Source: an uncultured delta proteobacterium (lineage in GTDB: Bacteria; Desulfobacterota; Desulfobacteria; Desulfobacterales; QNYZ01). From it: a stretch of DNA of 64,000 nt. Both the position numbers and the translations under genes were made by a program. The notes below the pieces were generated by a model. It made no database searches and had not been told where the DNA came from. It was given only the letters and a program-made list of their open reading frames with translations. Location: NCBI GenBank assembly GCA_963845145.1, contig CAWJQU010000005.1:394256-458255 (forward strand), in the 5' to 3' direction. The stretch's first letter is position 1, and every line of letters begins with the position of its first letter. This document shows, piece by piece, positions 10,080-18,994 of this stretch.

Positions 10080-10269
10080 TGTTTTTACCCCTGGTCTTTT
10101 TTTCCCAGAGAGGCAGAAATTAAAGCCCCCCTTTCAACCTTCAACCGGAGAAAAATTAATTGTATCTTGATTAAAAAATAAAATCATGAAAACACAATAT
10201 ATAATCACTCGGTTCATTTTTTAACAGACTTCTCAGGAAGCTGATGTACAAAACAGGTGATCCTCGTTT

Positions 10270-10614
10270 ATGAAAAACGGAATTGAAAGGCGTCGACATC
10301 TTCGGGCTCCTATTGCTTTAGATGTTGTTATCGTGACGCCCCGGGGCTCCTTTAAGGGCAAAACGGCGAATATCAGCATCGGCGGTCTTGCCCTTCTCCT
10401 GTTTTTAGAACCACCTGAAGTTGGCGATACATTTCAAGCCACGCTCAGCCCGACAAAAGGCCATGAAATGTCAGTGACCTGTGAGAAAATATGGTCAGGT
10501 AAGGTCGTTGCGGATGATTCCGTATACATAGGAATAGGCATCCGTTTTGTCAAAATATCCTCAGAAGACCGCAAAATCATCGCTTCATTGGTGAAACAAT
10601 ACTATCTAGTTTAA
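10270..10614 (+). CDS. Stand-alone PilZ-domain protein, paralogue 3 of 4
   Basis: MKNGIERRRHLRAP and NISIGGLA motifs. C-terminus KISSEDRKIIASLVKQYYLV. Confidence 0.8.
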   Translation: MKNGIERRRHLRAPIALDVVIVTPRGSFKGKTANISIGGLALLLFLEPPEVGDTFQATLSPTKGHEMSVTCEKIWSGKVVADDSVYIGIGIRFVKISSEDRKIIASLVKQYYLV

Positions 10615-10703
10615 TATGACCAACCACTTGGGTGACAGCATCATTGGATGGTAGCTAAAAACCCCATTATTTACAAAATCCCACAGTTTTAAAAAGTGAT
10701 GAT

Positions 10704-11804
10704 TCAGTGCTCAATCGTCGAATTCACCACAATGGGGTCACCCCGGCCTAGATAGAAAATGCCGGGATAGCCTTGTGTTTCAAAGCCATCGCTTGGGTTT
10801 TGGGACAGGCGGGAATCCGTGATACGTAGCGTACCGCTACGATCATTGCTGACAAAGAAGATGGCACCGCCGCCTTCGTTGGCCGTGTTGTTTTTAATTG
10901 TGGTCCCACAGATATCTAATGTGAAAGTATTTCCGTCATTATAAATCGCACCGCCACTGCCCCCACCAGGCGTGCCTGATCTTGCGGGGTTAGCACCATA
11001 ACCAATCGCTTTATTGTGGCTAAATAGGGAATTGATAACCGTAAACGATACACCAATACTGCTCAGACCGCCGCCATTTGAACAGATGTTCCCTTTACCC
11101 GGGCTGCCACCAAAGGTACTGTTCACAACAAATACAGGCCGTCCTTGATATTGGCTAAAAACCCGCACGGCAGCACCGCCAACATCCGGGCCGGTATCAT
11201 CGCAAATATTATTTTCGAAGTGTGAGTTGACGATTTTAAATCGCCCGCCTCTTACCCAAATCGCACCGCCGCCGTCGTAAGTGGGTTCCCCCTTGCTGTT
11301 CCCATTTTTAAAGGTCAGATTTTGTACGGTGAGTTGCGGGTGATCTTGGTTTTGACAATGCGAGGTCGTCCAGTTCTGGTTTGGGTCGCAAGTGTTCATA
11401 TATAAAATTCTTCTCGCACCGGCGCCACTGAGCGTCACCTTGTTGCCGCCGTCAATGACGATCTTTGGTCCGGTATCGTTAAATATTTTAGCGGTCTGTT
11501 GCATGATGATCTCAACCGGTGCCGGGCCGCAATTGAAGGTGATAATGCCGCCCTGAGCGACGGCTGCAACGACCGCTGTGCTGGTACAGCTTAGAGGGGT
11601 GCCATCGCCAATGACATGATCAGGGTTGCTGGTGTTCTCTGCGCGCCCTTGTGTCGGCACAGGGCATTTCGGTGTGGCGTTTTTGGCACCGGCAAGAATA
11701 CCGGGTAGCGTCATTAGCAGGAAATCGTCGTCGCTTTGAGCCCAAACAAATTCGATTGGAATCAAAAAGCACGCTATCAGGAAAAACGATATAAGATTAA
11801 TCAT
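10704..11804 (-). CDS. Secreted right-handed beta-helix protein with polymorphic-membrane-protein (PMP, GGAI/FxxN) repeats
   Basis: Signal-like N-terminus MINLISFFLIACFLIPIEFVWAQS. Repeated GGGAIW..., GGAAV..., GGGL..., GGAIYN..., GGGAIFF... units, each followed by (F/I)xxN. Confidence 0.65.
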   Translation of the reverse strand: MINLISFFLIACFLIPIEFVWAQSDDDFLLMTLPGILAGAKNATPKCPVPTQGRAENTSNPDHVIGDGTPLSCTSTAVVAAVAQGGIITFNCGPAPVEIIMQQTAKIFNDTGPKIVIDGGNKVTLSGAGARRILYMNTCDPNQNWTTSHCQNQDHPQLTVQNLTFKNGNSKGEPTYDGGGAIWVRGGRFKIVNSHFENNICDDTGPDVGGAAVRVFSQYQGRPVFVVNSTFGGSPGKGNICSNGGGLSSIGVSFTVINSLFSHNKAIGYGANPARSGTPGGGSGGAIYNDGNTFTLDICGTTIKNNTANEGGGAIFFVSNDRSGTLRITDSRLSQNPSDGFETQGYPGIFYLGRGDPIVVNSTIEH

Positions 11805-12297
11805 TGGTGCTGTTCAAATGAGATTTATTACGGCCTCTCCAACAGGCCGGCGGCGAGAATAGCGCCCAGACAGCCAATCGCAATTTTGCTTTTTTTCTTG
11901 GCATAATAATAATTCGTTAAAGTAATACCTAAGTTGAGCGATTTTTTGCGAAGCTATGTGCCAAGATATTGAGATGATAAGGATTTCAAAAAACGGGGAC
12001 ATACCCGTTGGATATGTCGAGTATTTTTGAAAGCCTTAGCGCTCAATAGATTTGGTGCAGAGCGAGTAAAAAATCGCTCAATTTGGGTAAATGGAGCGTT
12101 ACAGGTCTTAATTATCTTTTCCGTGTTATTTAATCAACCTTTAGAGCGCGATGATATCTTCCGCCTTGAAGCGCATTTTATTCGATGTTTTCGCACCTTC
12201 CCGACCGTTTCGGGTAGCGCCTGCAAATATCAGGAATAAAATTGACAGGTCCGTCAAAAACGCCTAAACAATAGGGAAAATGTAAAAGGGGGAGAAT

Positions 12298-12666
12298 ATG
12301 GAATCAGAATCAGCAAACGATAAAAATACCCACACAACGACCAGTGAGCCTCGGCAACACACCGAAAAAAAACAAATACCCGATGTTTCCAGGAAACAAA
12401 TCGGTATTCGATTGCTTTATACCATTCTGTTTCTTTTCATTCTCGGTATCGTTATCGTCATGATTAAATTGGTGGTATTTTTTCAATTTATTTATTGTTT
12501 TGGCACCCGGAAGCCCAATGAATCGGTTCGGCAGTTTTCCAATAAATTATCCAGCTATGGATATCGGATATTCAGATATATCACTTTAAACGAAAACAAG
12601 CGGCCCTTTCCATTCAACGATTTTCCTTCAGAATTGGACCCCTCAGAAGAACAAATGATATTTTGA
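12298..12666 (+). CDS. Small two-TMS membrane protein (DUF4389-like)
   Basis: Polar N-terminus, then RLLYTILFLFILGIVIVMIKLVVFFQFIYCF and the ...YRIFRYITLNENKRPFPF tail, resembling that family. Family assignment is from memory. Confidence 0.4.
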   Translation: MESESANDKNTHTTTSEPRQHTEKKQIPDVSRKQIGIRLLYTILFLFILGIVIVMIKLVVFFQFIYCFGTRKPNESVRQFSNKLSSYGYRIFRYITLNENKRPFPFNDFPSELDPSEEQMIF

Positions 12667-12788
12667 TATCAGTATTTCAGGTACGCCAGAGGAATATGGT
12701 ATCAGCCGGCACAAGATGCGGACAAAAGCGCAGAATATTTTCAGGTTAATTGCTTAAAAAAAATTTATAAAAAGAGCGCCATACATAT

Positions 12789-13133
12789 ATGAAAAACGGA
12801 ATTGACCGACGCCGCGATCCACGTGCTCCTTTAACCTTGCCTGTATATTTGAAGACCACTCAAGGCACTATTGAAGGAAAGACGGCTAATATCAGCGTCA
12901 GCGGCCTTGCCCTTATCCTTTTTTTTGAAAAGTCCTCAGTTGGTGATGAATTTCAAATATCCGTTACATTATCTGATTACCATGAGGCAAAATTGACCTG
13001 TGCCAAGAGATGGTCGGGCGACATGGTTGTGGATGGGACGGTCTACAATGCCGTTGGCGTCCGTATTACCAAAATATCCCCAGAGGACCGCGAAATCATC
13101 GCTTCACTGGTTCAAAAATACTATCTGGGGTAA
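12789..13133 (+). CDS. Stand-alone PilZ-domain protein, paralogue 4 of 4
   Basis: MKNGIDRRRDPRAP and NISVSGLA motifs. C-terminus KISPEDREIIASLVQKYYLG. Confidence 0.8.
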   Translation: MKNGIDRRRDPRAPLTLPVYLKTTQGTIEGKTANISVSGLALILFFEKSSVGDEFQISVTLSDYHEAKLTCAKRWSGDMVVDGTVYNAVGVRITKISPEDREIIASLVQKYYLG

Positions 13134-13306
13134 TACTTCCCTTTTTCTTTTTTTGCTCACCGTAACCAGTTTCGTTTAGGTTCCCTTCCCGGCAACAACA
13201 ACAGCCGCTAAAGTTTCCAAATAAAAAACCGATAACGACTTTAAAGCCTTTGGGTTTTTAGGGCAGCTGATTTCAGCCGTCCTTCGTCAATGGAGGGCAC
13301 ATCGAC

Positions 13307-14332
13307 ATGTTGAATATTGAATGTAAAGTATGCAACACCCATTATCGTCTGCCGGAAAAAAGGGCGAATGACAAAGGAAGATTTCAGGCCAAATGCAATA
13401 AATGCAACAACCTGATCGTCATCGATTTTGCAAACCGCAAGTCATTGCCAAAATCTTCGTTGGAAGACCTGTTGCCTAAAAATGTACTTTATGGAAAACC
13501 CCTTCATAAAGAGGTCCTCGGAAATTTTAAAAAATTATATCCAATGCCCCATGTCGCATTGAAGGCACGCCAATTAATTTTAAATGACGACTTCGATTTC
13601 AATAAGATTGGTCAATTATTGAAAACCGACCCGGCGCTGGCCGGCCGGATTCTTAAAGCGGCCAATTCGGCCTATTTTGGTTTGAGCGGCAAAGTTGCCT
13701 CTATTCAGCATGCCTCGGCCTTACTTGGGACAAGGCTTCTGGTGCAAATCATCAATATGGTGAGTCACTCGAAAATGCTGGGTGGAACCATGCCCGGATA
13801 TGAGGCCGATTCGGGATTGATGTGGCGACATTCATTGGCCGTAGCTGTAGGGTCTGATTTTATTGCAAAAAAAATGGCCCCGGAGTACAGTGGCGAAGCC
13901 TTTTTGGCAGGCCTGCTGCATGATGCCGGAAAGATCATTTTAGACCATTACATTCTTGAGAGACAGGCTTCTTTTAAGATCCTGCAAAAAGAGTCCGAAC
14001 GGTCGGCTCTCGAAGCGGAGAAATTAGTGCTTGGTTTCGACCATGCCGAAATCAGTGGCGATCTTTGTGGTCATTGGGGCCTGCCGGATTTTGTGGCGGA
14101 AGCTGTTTGTTTCCACCATTTTCCATCGAAATCTCGCGCCAACATGCTAGCCTATATTGTGCACGCCGCCAATACCATCGCTAATCATACGAAATCGACA
14201 ATTACTGATATCGATCTGGAAGACCTCGATAGTAATACGTTAAATTTTTTACAGCTTGGGGGGAAGAAACTCCAAGATGTCGCCCACCAAATCCTCGAAG
14301 CCGTCGAGACCCTGGAGGATGACACCTATTGA
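13307..14332 (+). CDS. HDOD-domain signalling protein with an N-terminal MJ0042-type zinc ribbon
   Basis: CKVCNTHYRLP...KCNKCNN ribbon. HDOD core PMPHVALKARQLI...LLKTDPALAGRILKAANSAYFG...SIQHASALLG and the LLHDAGK / GFDHAE HD-like residues. Confidence 0.8.
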   Translation: MLNIECKVCNTHYRLPEKRANDKGRFQAKCNKCNNLIVIDFANRKSLPKSSLEDLLPKNVLYGKPLHKEVLGNFKKLYPMPHVALKARQLILNDDFDFNKIGQLLKTDPALAGRILKAANSAYFGLSGKVASIQHASALLGTRLLVQIINMVSHSKMLGGTMPGYEADSGLMWRHSLAVAVGSDFIAKKMAPEYSGEAFLAGLLHDAGKIILDHYILERQASFKILQKESERSALEAEKLVLGFDHAEISGDLCGHWGLPDFVAEAVCFHHFPSKSRANMLAYIVHAANTIANHTKSTITDIDLEDLDSNTLNFLQLGGKKLQDVAHQILEAVETLEDDTY

Positions 14333-14338
14333 TACCCC

Positions 14339-15646
14339 TTACATTTTTTTATGTTCATTTTTCTGTTGATCGATCAACTTGACAATGACCTGATTTACAC
14401 GGATATGGTCATCGGAACCCAACGGAAAAGAGGGGCTTTTGTTCTCGACGGTTTGGCCGTTATATTCCATTTCAACCTTAACAACCGGGTGATAACGATC
14501 AACCCATTCTTCCAACCCGATGGATACTTTGTATGCAGCTCCGGGGGGGTGCGGTGGGCTGGCTGGAACCCGTTCTGAAAATTGGGGAAAGAACGTAACG
14601 ACTTCCTTTTTCAGTGGTACGCAGGAGATTCCCCTGCCATGCTGGGCTTGCTCGATACAGTTGTTGCAGGAGATACAGGCCGCTTTTTGGCCATGGCCGG
14701 CTTCCCAGCGATTGATCAAGTCAGGTTCACAAATCAGCGGCCGGCACATGGAAACATAATCGGCAACGCCCTCTTTCACCAATTGTTGGGCGACCGTAAA
14801 TGACCGTATCCCACCCACCAGAATCAGCGGTACGCGAATTTTCTTTTTAAACTTTCCGGCTGCATCCTGGAAAAACGCCTCGTCTCTTTCCGAATCGATT
14901 CTATTTTCCATCAGATTGGCAATGTTCAGCAATCCGCCACTTAACTCGATGGCATCGATCCCCCCTTCTTCGAGCATTTGCCCAACGCGGATGGCTTCTT
15001 CAAGCGTAAGGCCGTTTTCAACAAAATCCCGGCAATTGAGCTTAACCAAGACCGGATAATCCCGGCCCACGGCCTTACGCACCTCGTGAAGCACTTCAAG
15101 TAAAGCCCTTGCCCGATTTTCAATAGGCCCGCCATATTCATCTTCACGATCGTTATAGCGGGGGCAGAGCAGCTGGCTGAGAAGAAAACCATGCGCAGCG
15201 AAAATTTGAACGGCGTCAAATCCGGATATTTTTGCCCTGACGGCCGCCTGGCCGAAAGATTCAACAATTTCTCCAATGTCTCGTATGGATAACCGCCTCA
15301 CCCGCGCTTTAGACAAATAGGCGCCCCCGTAACCGAGCTGCAGAACGATTTTAGAGCCTTCCTCGTGAACCGCCCGAGTCATGCGCTGTAAACCTGGAAT
15401 CAGATCATCCTTATCGATACCCAGTTGCCACGGCTGATGCCACCCCTTTTGGTGAACGTAGGCGTGGCCGGTAATGATCAGGCCTACCCCCCCTTTCGCC
15501 AGATCGGTCATCAAATCGATCATCTGGGAAGTACAGGCGCCATCATCGGTGGCCATTCCCGTCCATGTGGCCGAACGGACAAACCGGTTCGCCACTGTCA
15601 TACAATTGATTTTACCGGGTTCAAATAACGGGGCCATCATTCTCAT
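14339..15646 (-). CDS. Old-yellow-enzyme family NADH:flavin oxidoreductase (2,4-dienoyl-CoA-reductase-like N-terminal module) with a Cys cluster and a unique C-terminal extension
   Basis: LFEPGKI..MTVANRFVRSA...GGVGLIITGH..., AHGFLLSQLL.PRYNDREDEYGG, then CRPLICEPDL...CISCNNC. About 90 extra C-terminal residues. Confidence 0.75.
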   Translation of the reverse strand: MRMMAPLFEPGKINCMTVANRFVRSATWTGMATDDGACTSQMIDLMTDLAKGGVGLIITGHAYVHQKGWHQPWQLGIDKDDLIPGLQRMTRAVHEEGSKIVLQLGYGGAYLSKARVRRLSIRDIGEIVESFGQAAVRAKISGFDAVQIFAAHGFLLSQLLCPRYNDREDEYGGPIENRARALLEVLHEVRKAVGRDYPVLVKLNCRDFVENGLTLEEAIRVGQMLEEGGIDAIELSGGLLNIANLMENRIDSERDEAFFQDAAGKFKKKIRVPLILVGGIRSFTVAQQLVKEGVADYVSMCRPLICEPDLINRWEAGHGQKAACISCNNCIEQAQHGRGISCVPLKKEVVTFFPQFSERVPASPPHPPGAAYKVSIGLEEWVDRYHPVVKVEMEYNGQTVENKSPSFPLGSDDHIRVNQVIVKLIDQQKNEHKKM

Positions 15647-15812
15647 TTTCTCACTTCTCCACGGGCACCCATTGACCAGGGATTGTTGGCCCGGCCGGTT
15701 CGGTTGGAATCGATCATTGCAGCCGGAGAACGATTGATTGTTTCAAAGATCAAAATGTTTGCCCCCCATATCAAGCCGGCAGGTACTTTGAAACGGTTTA
15801 TCGGGATTATTA

Positions 15813-17465
15813 TCAATTTTTTGAAAGCGCTACCGGCTCGCGTCCGGGAGCGGAAATACGACGGCGCTCGAGTAGGGATCCATCCTGTCGATAGATATCA
15901 ATCCGTGCCTTGAGATGGTTGGCAAGAGCCTGAACTTCGGCGATCCGGCTGGCCAGTAAGTCTCGCTGGGCCTGGGCCACCAGGATACTGGTTGATTTTC
16001 CCACTCGAAATTTTTCCGTCTCGGTTCGAAGCTTTTCCTCATTGAACCGACGGGTCACCGATGAAGCGGCGATCTGCTTTTGCGTCCGGATAACTTCAAT
16101 GTAGGCCGTGCGAACATCCACTTCGACAAGTTGCGACAAGTTTTGCAGTACTTTCCAAGTCTGTTCTTTCGTGAGCAGAGCCCGGCGGTGGCGCGCTTTT
16201 TCATCCCGATTAAAAACGGGCAGATTAAATCGAACACCGGCCCGGACATCATATCCATCTTCGTTCGCAATAGCATCGGCGGCGCGACCGAATGAATCGG
16301 CATAACCGCTCTTGCCGAGTCCGATGAAAAGATCCATTAAGGGAAGCAAGCCGTTGCGAGTCTTTACAAGCTCCAGATCTCCCCGGACGATCTTAAGCCG
16401 GGCCTCATTTAATATTGGAGACATGCGCATAGAAACGGCCACGTGTTGCGCGACATCTTCGGTTTTAATATTCGGCAAAGTGGGCTGGTGGATCAAATCG
16501 ATCTCCCGTTGCCAGATATCGGGTCCCGAAGGGTTCAACAGTCTCAACATTTTCAGGCGAATGGATTCCTCACCGGCCTGCGCTTCGATGAGGGCTTGCT
16601 CCTGGGCAGCGAGTTCGGCCTGAACGGCAGCCAGTTCGGACCGGGCCAATCTGCCGACGGCAATGAGTTCCTCGGTTTCATTGAGCTGCTGACGTGCAAG
16701 CTTCAACGACTCTTCAACAATTTCGATTCGCCGCCGAGCCAGAGCGTAATCCCAATAACTGGTTTCAACTTCCGCCACCAGTGTTTCGGTAAAACCCCGC
16801 AGCTCATATTCCGACATCCGCGTATCCAGGCGGGCCTGTCGCAAACGAACCAGATTGGTGTTGACGCCAAACCCCTTAAGCAATGCCTGGTTCACCGTCA
16901 TTCCCAAACGGGTCGTATACCATTTGTCATCGTAAAGGAAATTGTCTTCCATCAGTAGGTCGGCACCCAGGCCGACCGTCGTGCCGGTCGGAAAATATTG
17001 TTCCAAAGAAATGACGCTTTCCACGGAATCGGTCGTGCCATCCTTCGATTCAGGTCCGGATCCGGCGGACTGTTCGCCTTTTATCCTCCCGACGGTGAGA
17101 ACCGCAGATGCCGTCGGATCAAATACGGCTCTTTCCTGGTTTTGAGCCGTTTCCTGAATCGAGGGGGTCAGTCTCTCAACACTCAACGCACGATTGTTTT
17201 CAAGGCAGAGCAAAATGGCCTCAGTGACCGTAATTTTCAAAGGCCCGGGGGATACAGTCAGCTTTCCAACCGCTTTTGATTGCGCATTGGAATCCGGATC
17301 TAAATACACATCCGTATCAGCGACGATCATCGGTCCACCCGCCATTCTATCGACCCGCTTCTCGATTAATGCACAGGAAGTCGCCATAAGAAAAAACCCA
17401 CACACGACGATAAAATTCGCCGGGTAGTTGACGCGTTCAATCCACCGCATATCCAGTCCCCACAT
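15813..17465 (-). CDS. TolC-family outer-membrane efflux channel
   Basis: 550 aa with the duplicated OEP-repeat architecture. Long Ala/Gln/Leu-rich coiled segments (LAAVQAELAAQEQALIEAQ) alternate with beta-strand-like stretches. Divergent from the MFP/RND genes. Confidence 0.75.
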   Translation of the reverse strand: MWGLDMRWIERVNYPANFIVVCGFFLMATSCALIEKRVDRMAGGPMIVADTDVYLDPDSNAQSKAVGKLTVSPGPLKITVTEAILLCLENNRALSVERLTPSIQETAQNQERAVFDPTASAVLTVGRIKGEQSAGSGPESKDGTTDSVESVISLEQYFPTGTTVGLGADLLMEDNFLYDDKWYTTRLGMTVNQALLKGFGVNTNLVRLRQARLDTRMSEYELRGFTETLVAEVETSYWDYALARRRIEIVEESLKLARQQLNETEELIAVGRLARSELAAVQAELAAQEQALIEAQAGEESIRLKMLRLLNPSGPDIWQREIDLIHQPTLPNIKTEDVAQHVAVSMRMSPILNEARLKIVRGDLELVKTRNGLLPLMDLFIGLGKSGYADSFGRAADAIANEDGYDVRAGVRFNLPVFNRDEKARHRRALLTKEQTWKVLQNLSQLVEVDVRTAYIEVIRTQKQIAASSVTRRFNEEKLRTETEKFRVGKSTSILVAQAQRDLLASRIAEVQALANHLKARIDIYRQDGSLLERRRISAPGREPVALSKN

Positions 17466-17782
17466 GTTTCGAATTCCAATCGGGGCAATTGTTCAGACCC
17501 GACAGCGTCCTTTTTTTAAAGACTTAAATTGGAACATAGCGGTTTATGCTTCGATCTCGCAACCGAAAAAAATAGTGGCGCCAAAAAGCAACATTCACTA
17601 TCTGCAGATCCTATCTGCCGGCAAGGTAATTCGATCCATGTAAACCACCAGGCTAGGCCATAACCAACTTTTTTTAATTGCAAAATCGGGAATGAAAGGG
17701 CAAAGTCCATAAAGTTTCGCCGGCCGACACCAACTGTTTATGAAAAGTGAATCCCGAATCAAAATAAGCCGTAAATTACATT

Positions 17783-18994
17783 ATGAAATCAGCATCTTAT
17801 AGATCTATTGGTTTAGTATTGATATTATTGGGAGCAACTGTTCTGGGTGGGTTTATCTATAACCGGTTCCAAAGCCGCACCGAACCGGGAAAAGCAGGCC
17901 GGGAATCACGACCCATCCCTGTCGAGGTGGCTGAAATTGAATATGGCACGATGGCATTGAAGCGGACATTCAGCGGTGAGCTGGAAGCCTTGTCGGAGTT
18001 TGTGGTTGCGCCGAAGGTAAACGGACGCGTAAAGCGGATGCGGGTTAATATCGCCGACACGGTTAAACGGGGCCAGATTGTCGCCGAACTCGACAACGAC
18101 GAATATATCCAGACCGTGGCCCAGGCGCGTGCCGATGTGGCCGTAGCCGGGGCCAACCTGTCCTCCGCCGGCAGTGCTTTGGAAATCGCCAAGCGAGAAT
18201 ATAAACGCACAGAATCATTACTTAAACGCGGAATAGCCTCCGATTCTGAATTTGATGCCGCCCATCAGGACCAAATGGCCAAGCAGGCGCAACTCAAAGT
18301 CGCCCAGGCCTATGTGGCCAAAGCCGAATCGTCGCTGGAAATCGCCAACATACGCCTCGGATATACAAAAGTGACCGCCGGCTGGACCGATGGTAGCGAG
18401 CAGCGTGTCGTTGGTGAGCGCTATGTAGACGAAGGCCAGACAGTGTCGGCCAACACGCCGCTGCTTCTGATCGTCGAACTTAATCCCATTATCGTGGTCG
18501 TTTATGTGACCGAAAAAGACTATGCCTATCTAAAACCGGGGCAGCCCGTATCGCTGACAACGGATGCGTATCCGAATCGGGAGTATCCGGGCCGCATTGA
18601 ACGCATTGCCCCTGTGTTTCAGAAATCGAGTCGCCAGGCACGTGTCGAAATGCGCATCGACAATCCCCAATTTGAACTCAAACCCGGCATGTTCGCCAGA
18701 GCCACGGTCGAATTAGCCGAGATCCAGGACGCCACAATTGTCCCCGAACAGGCCCTGACCATTCGCGACGACAAAAGTGGCGTTTTTATCGTCCGTGAAG
18801 ACGGAAAATCAGTTGTCTGGCGTGAAGTAACCGTCGGGATCCGCCAAGGCGATCAAGTGCAAATAACAACCGAGGGGCTGTCCGGCCGGGTCATCGTCTT
18901 GGGACAGCAGATGATCAACGATGGTTCCCTGATTACCATTCCCGCCGGACAGGTCAAAAACGATGCCGGCAGCGATAAGGCCAACGCTCAATGA
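17783..18994 (+). CDS. RND efflux periplasmic adaptor (membrane fusion protein, HlyD_D23 type)
   Basis: N-terminal anchor, lipoyl-like [26 protein letters not shown], coiled-coil hairpin, then the beta-barrel region. The stop overlaps the RND start (ATGA at 18991..18994). Confidence 0.85.
   Translation: MKSASYRSIGLVLILLGATVLGGFIYNRFQSRTEPGKAGRESRPIPVEVAEIEYGTMALKRTFSGELEALSEFVVAPKVNGRVKRMRVNIADTVKRGQIVAELDNDEYIQTVAQARADVAVAGANLSSAGSALEIAKREYKRTESLLKRGIASDSEFDAAHQDQMAKQAQLKVAQAYVAKAESSLEIANIRLGYTKVTAGWTDGSEQRVVGERYVDEGQTVSANTPLLLIVELNPIIVVVYVTEKDYAYLKPGQPVSLTTDAYPNREYPGRIERIAPVFQKSSRQARVEMRIDNPQFELKPGMFARATVELAEIQDATIVPEQALTIRDDKSGVFIVREDGKSVVWREVTVGIRQGDQVQITTEGLSGRVIVLGQQMINDGSLITIPAGQVKNDAGSDKANAQ

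Noticed and set aside
7699-13133. Repeated atgaaaaacggaat... starts and the 15-bp tandem units at 58377 as a possible CRISPR or other repeat array
   Set aside because: The first are the 5' ends of paralogous PilZ genes kilobases apart. The second is an in-frame coding tandem repeat. There is no regular repeat-spacer architecture.
14339-15646. OYE-family reductase as the missing enoyl reductase of the lipid locus
   Set aside because: It lies about 6.7 kb from the first cluster gene, on the far side of a complete TolC/MFP/RND system. Proximity alone is insufficient, so it is mentioned only as a neighbour.
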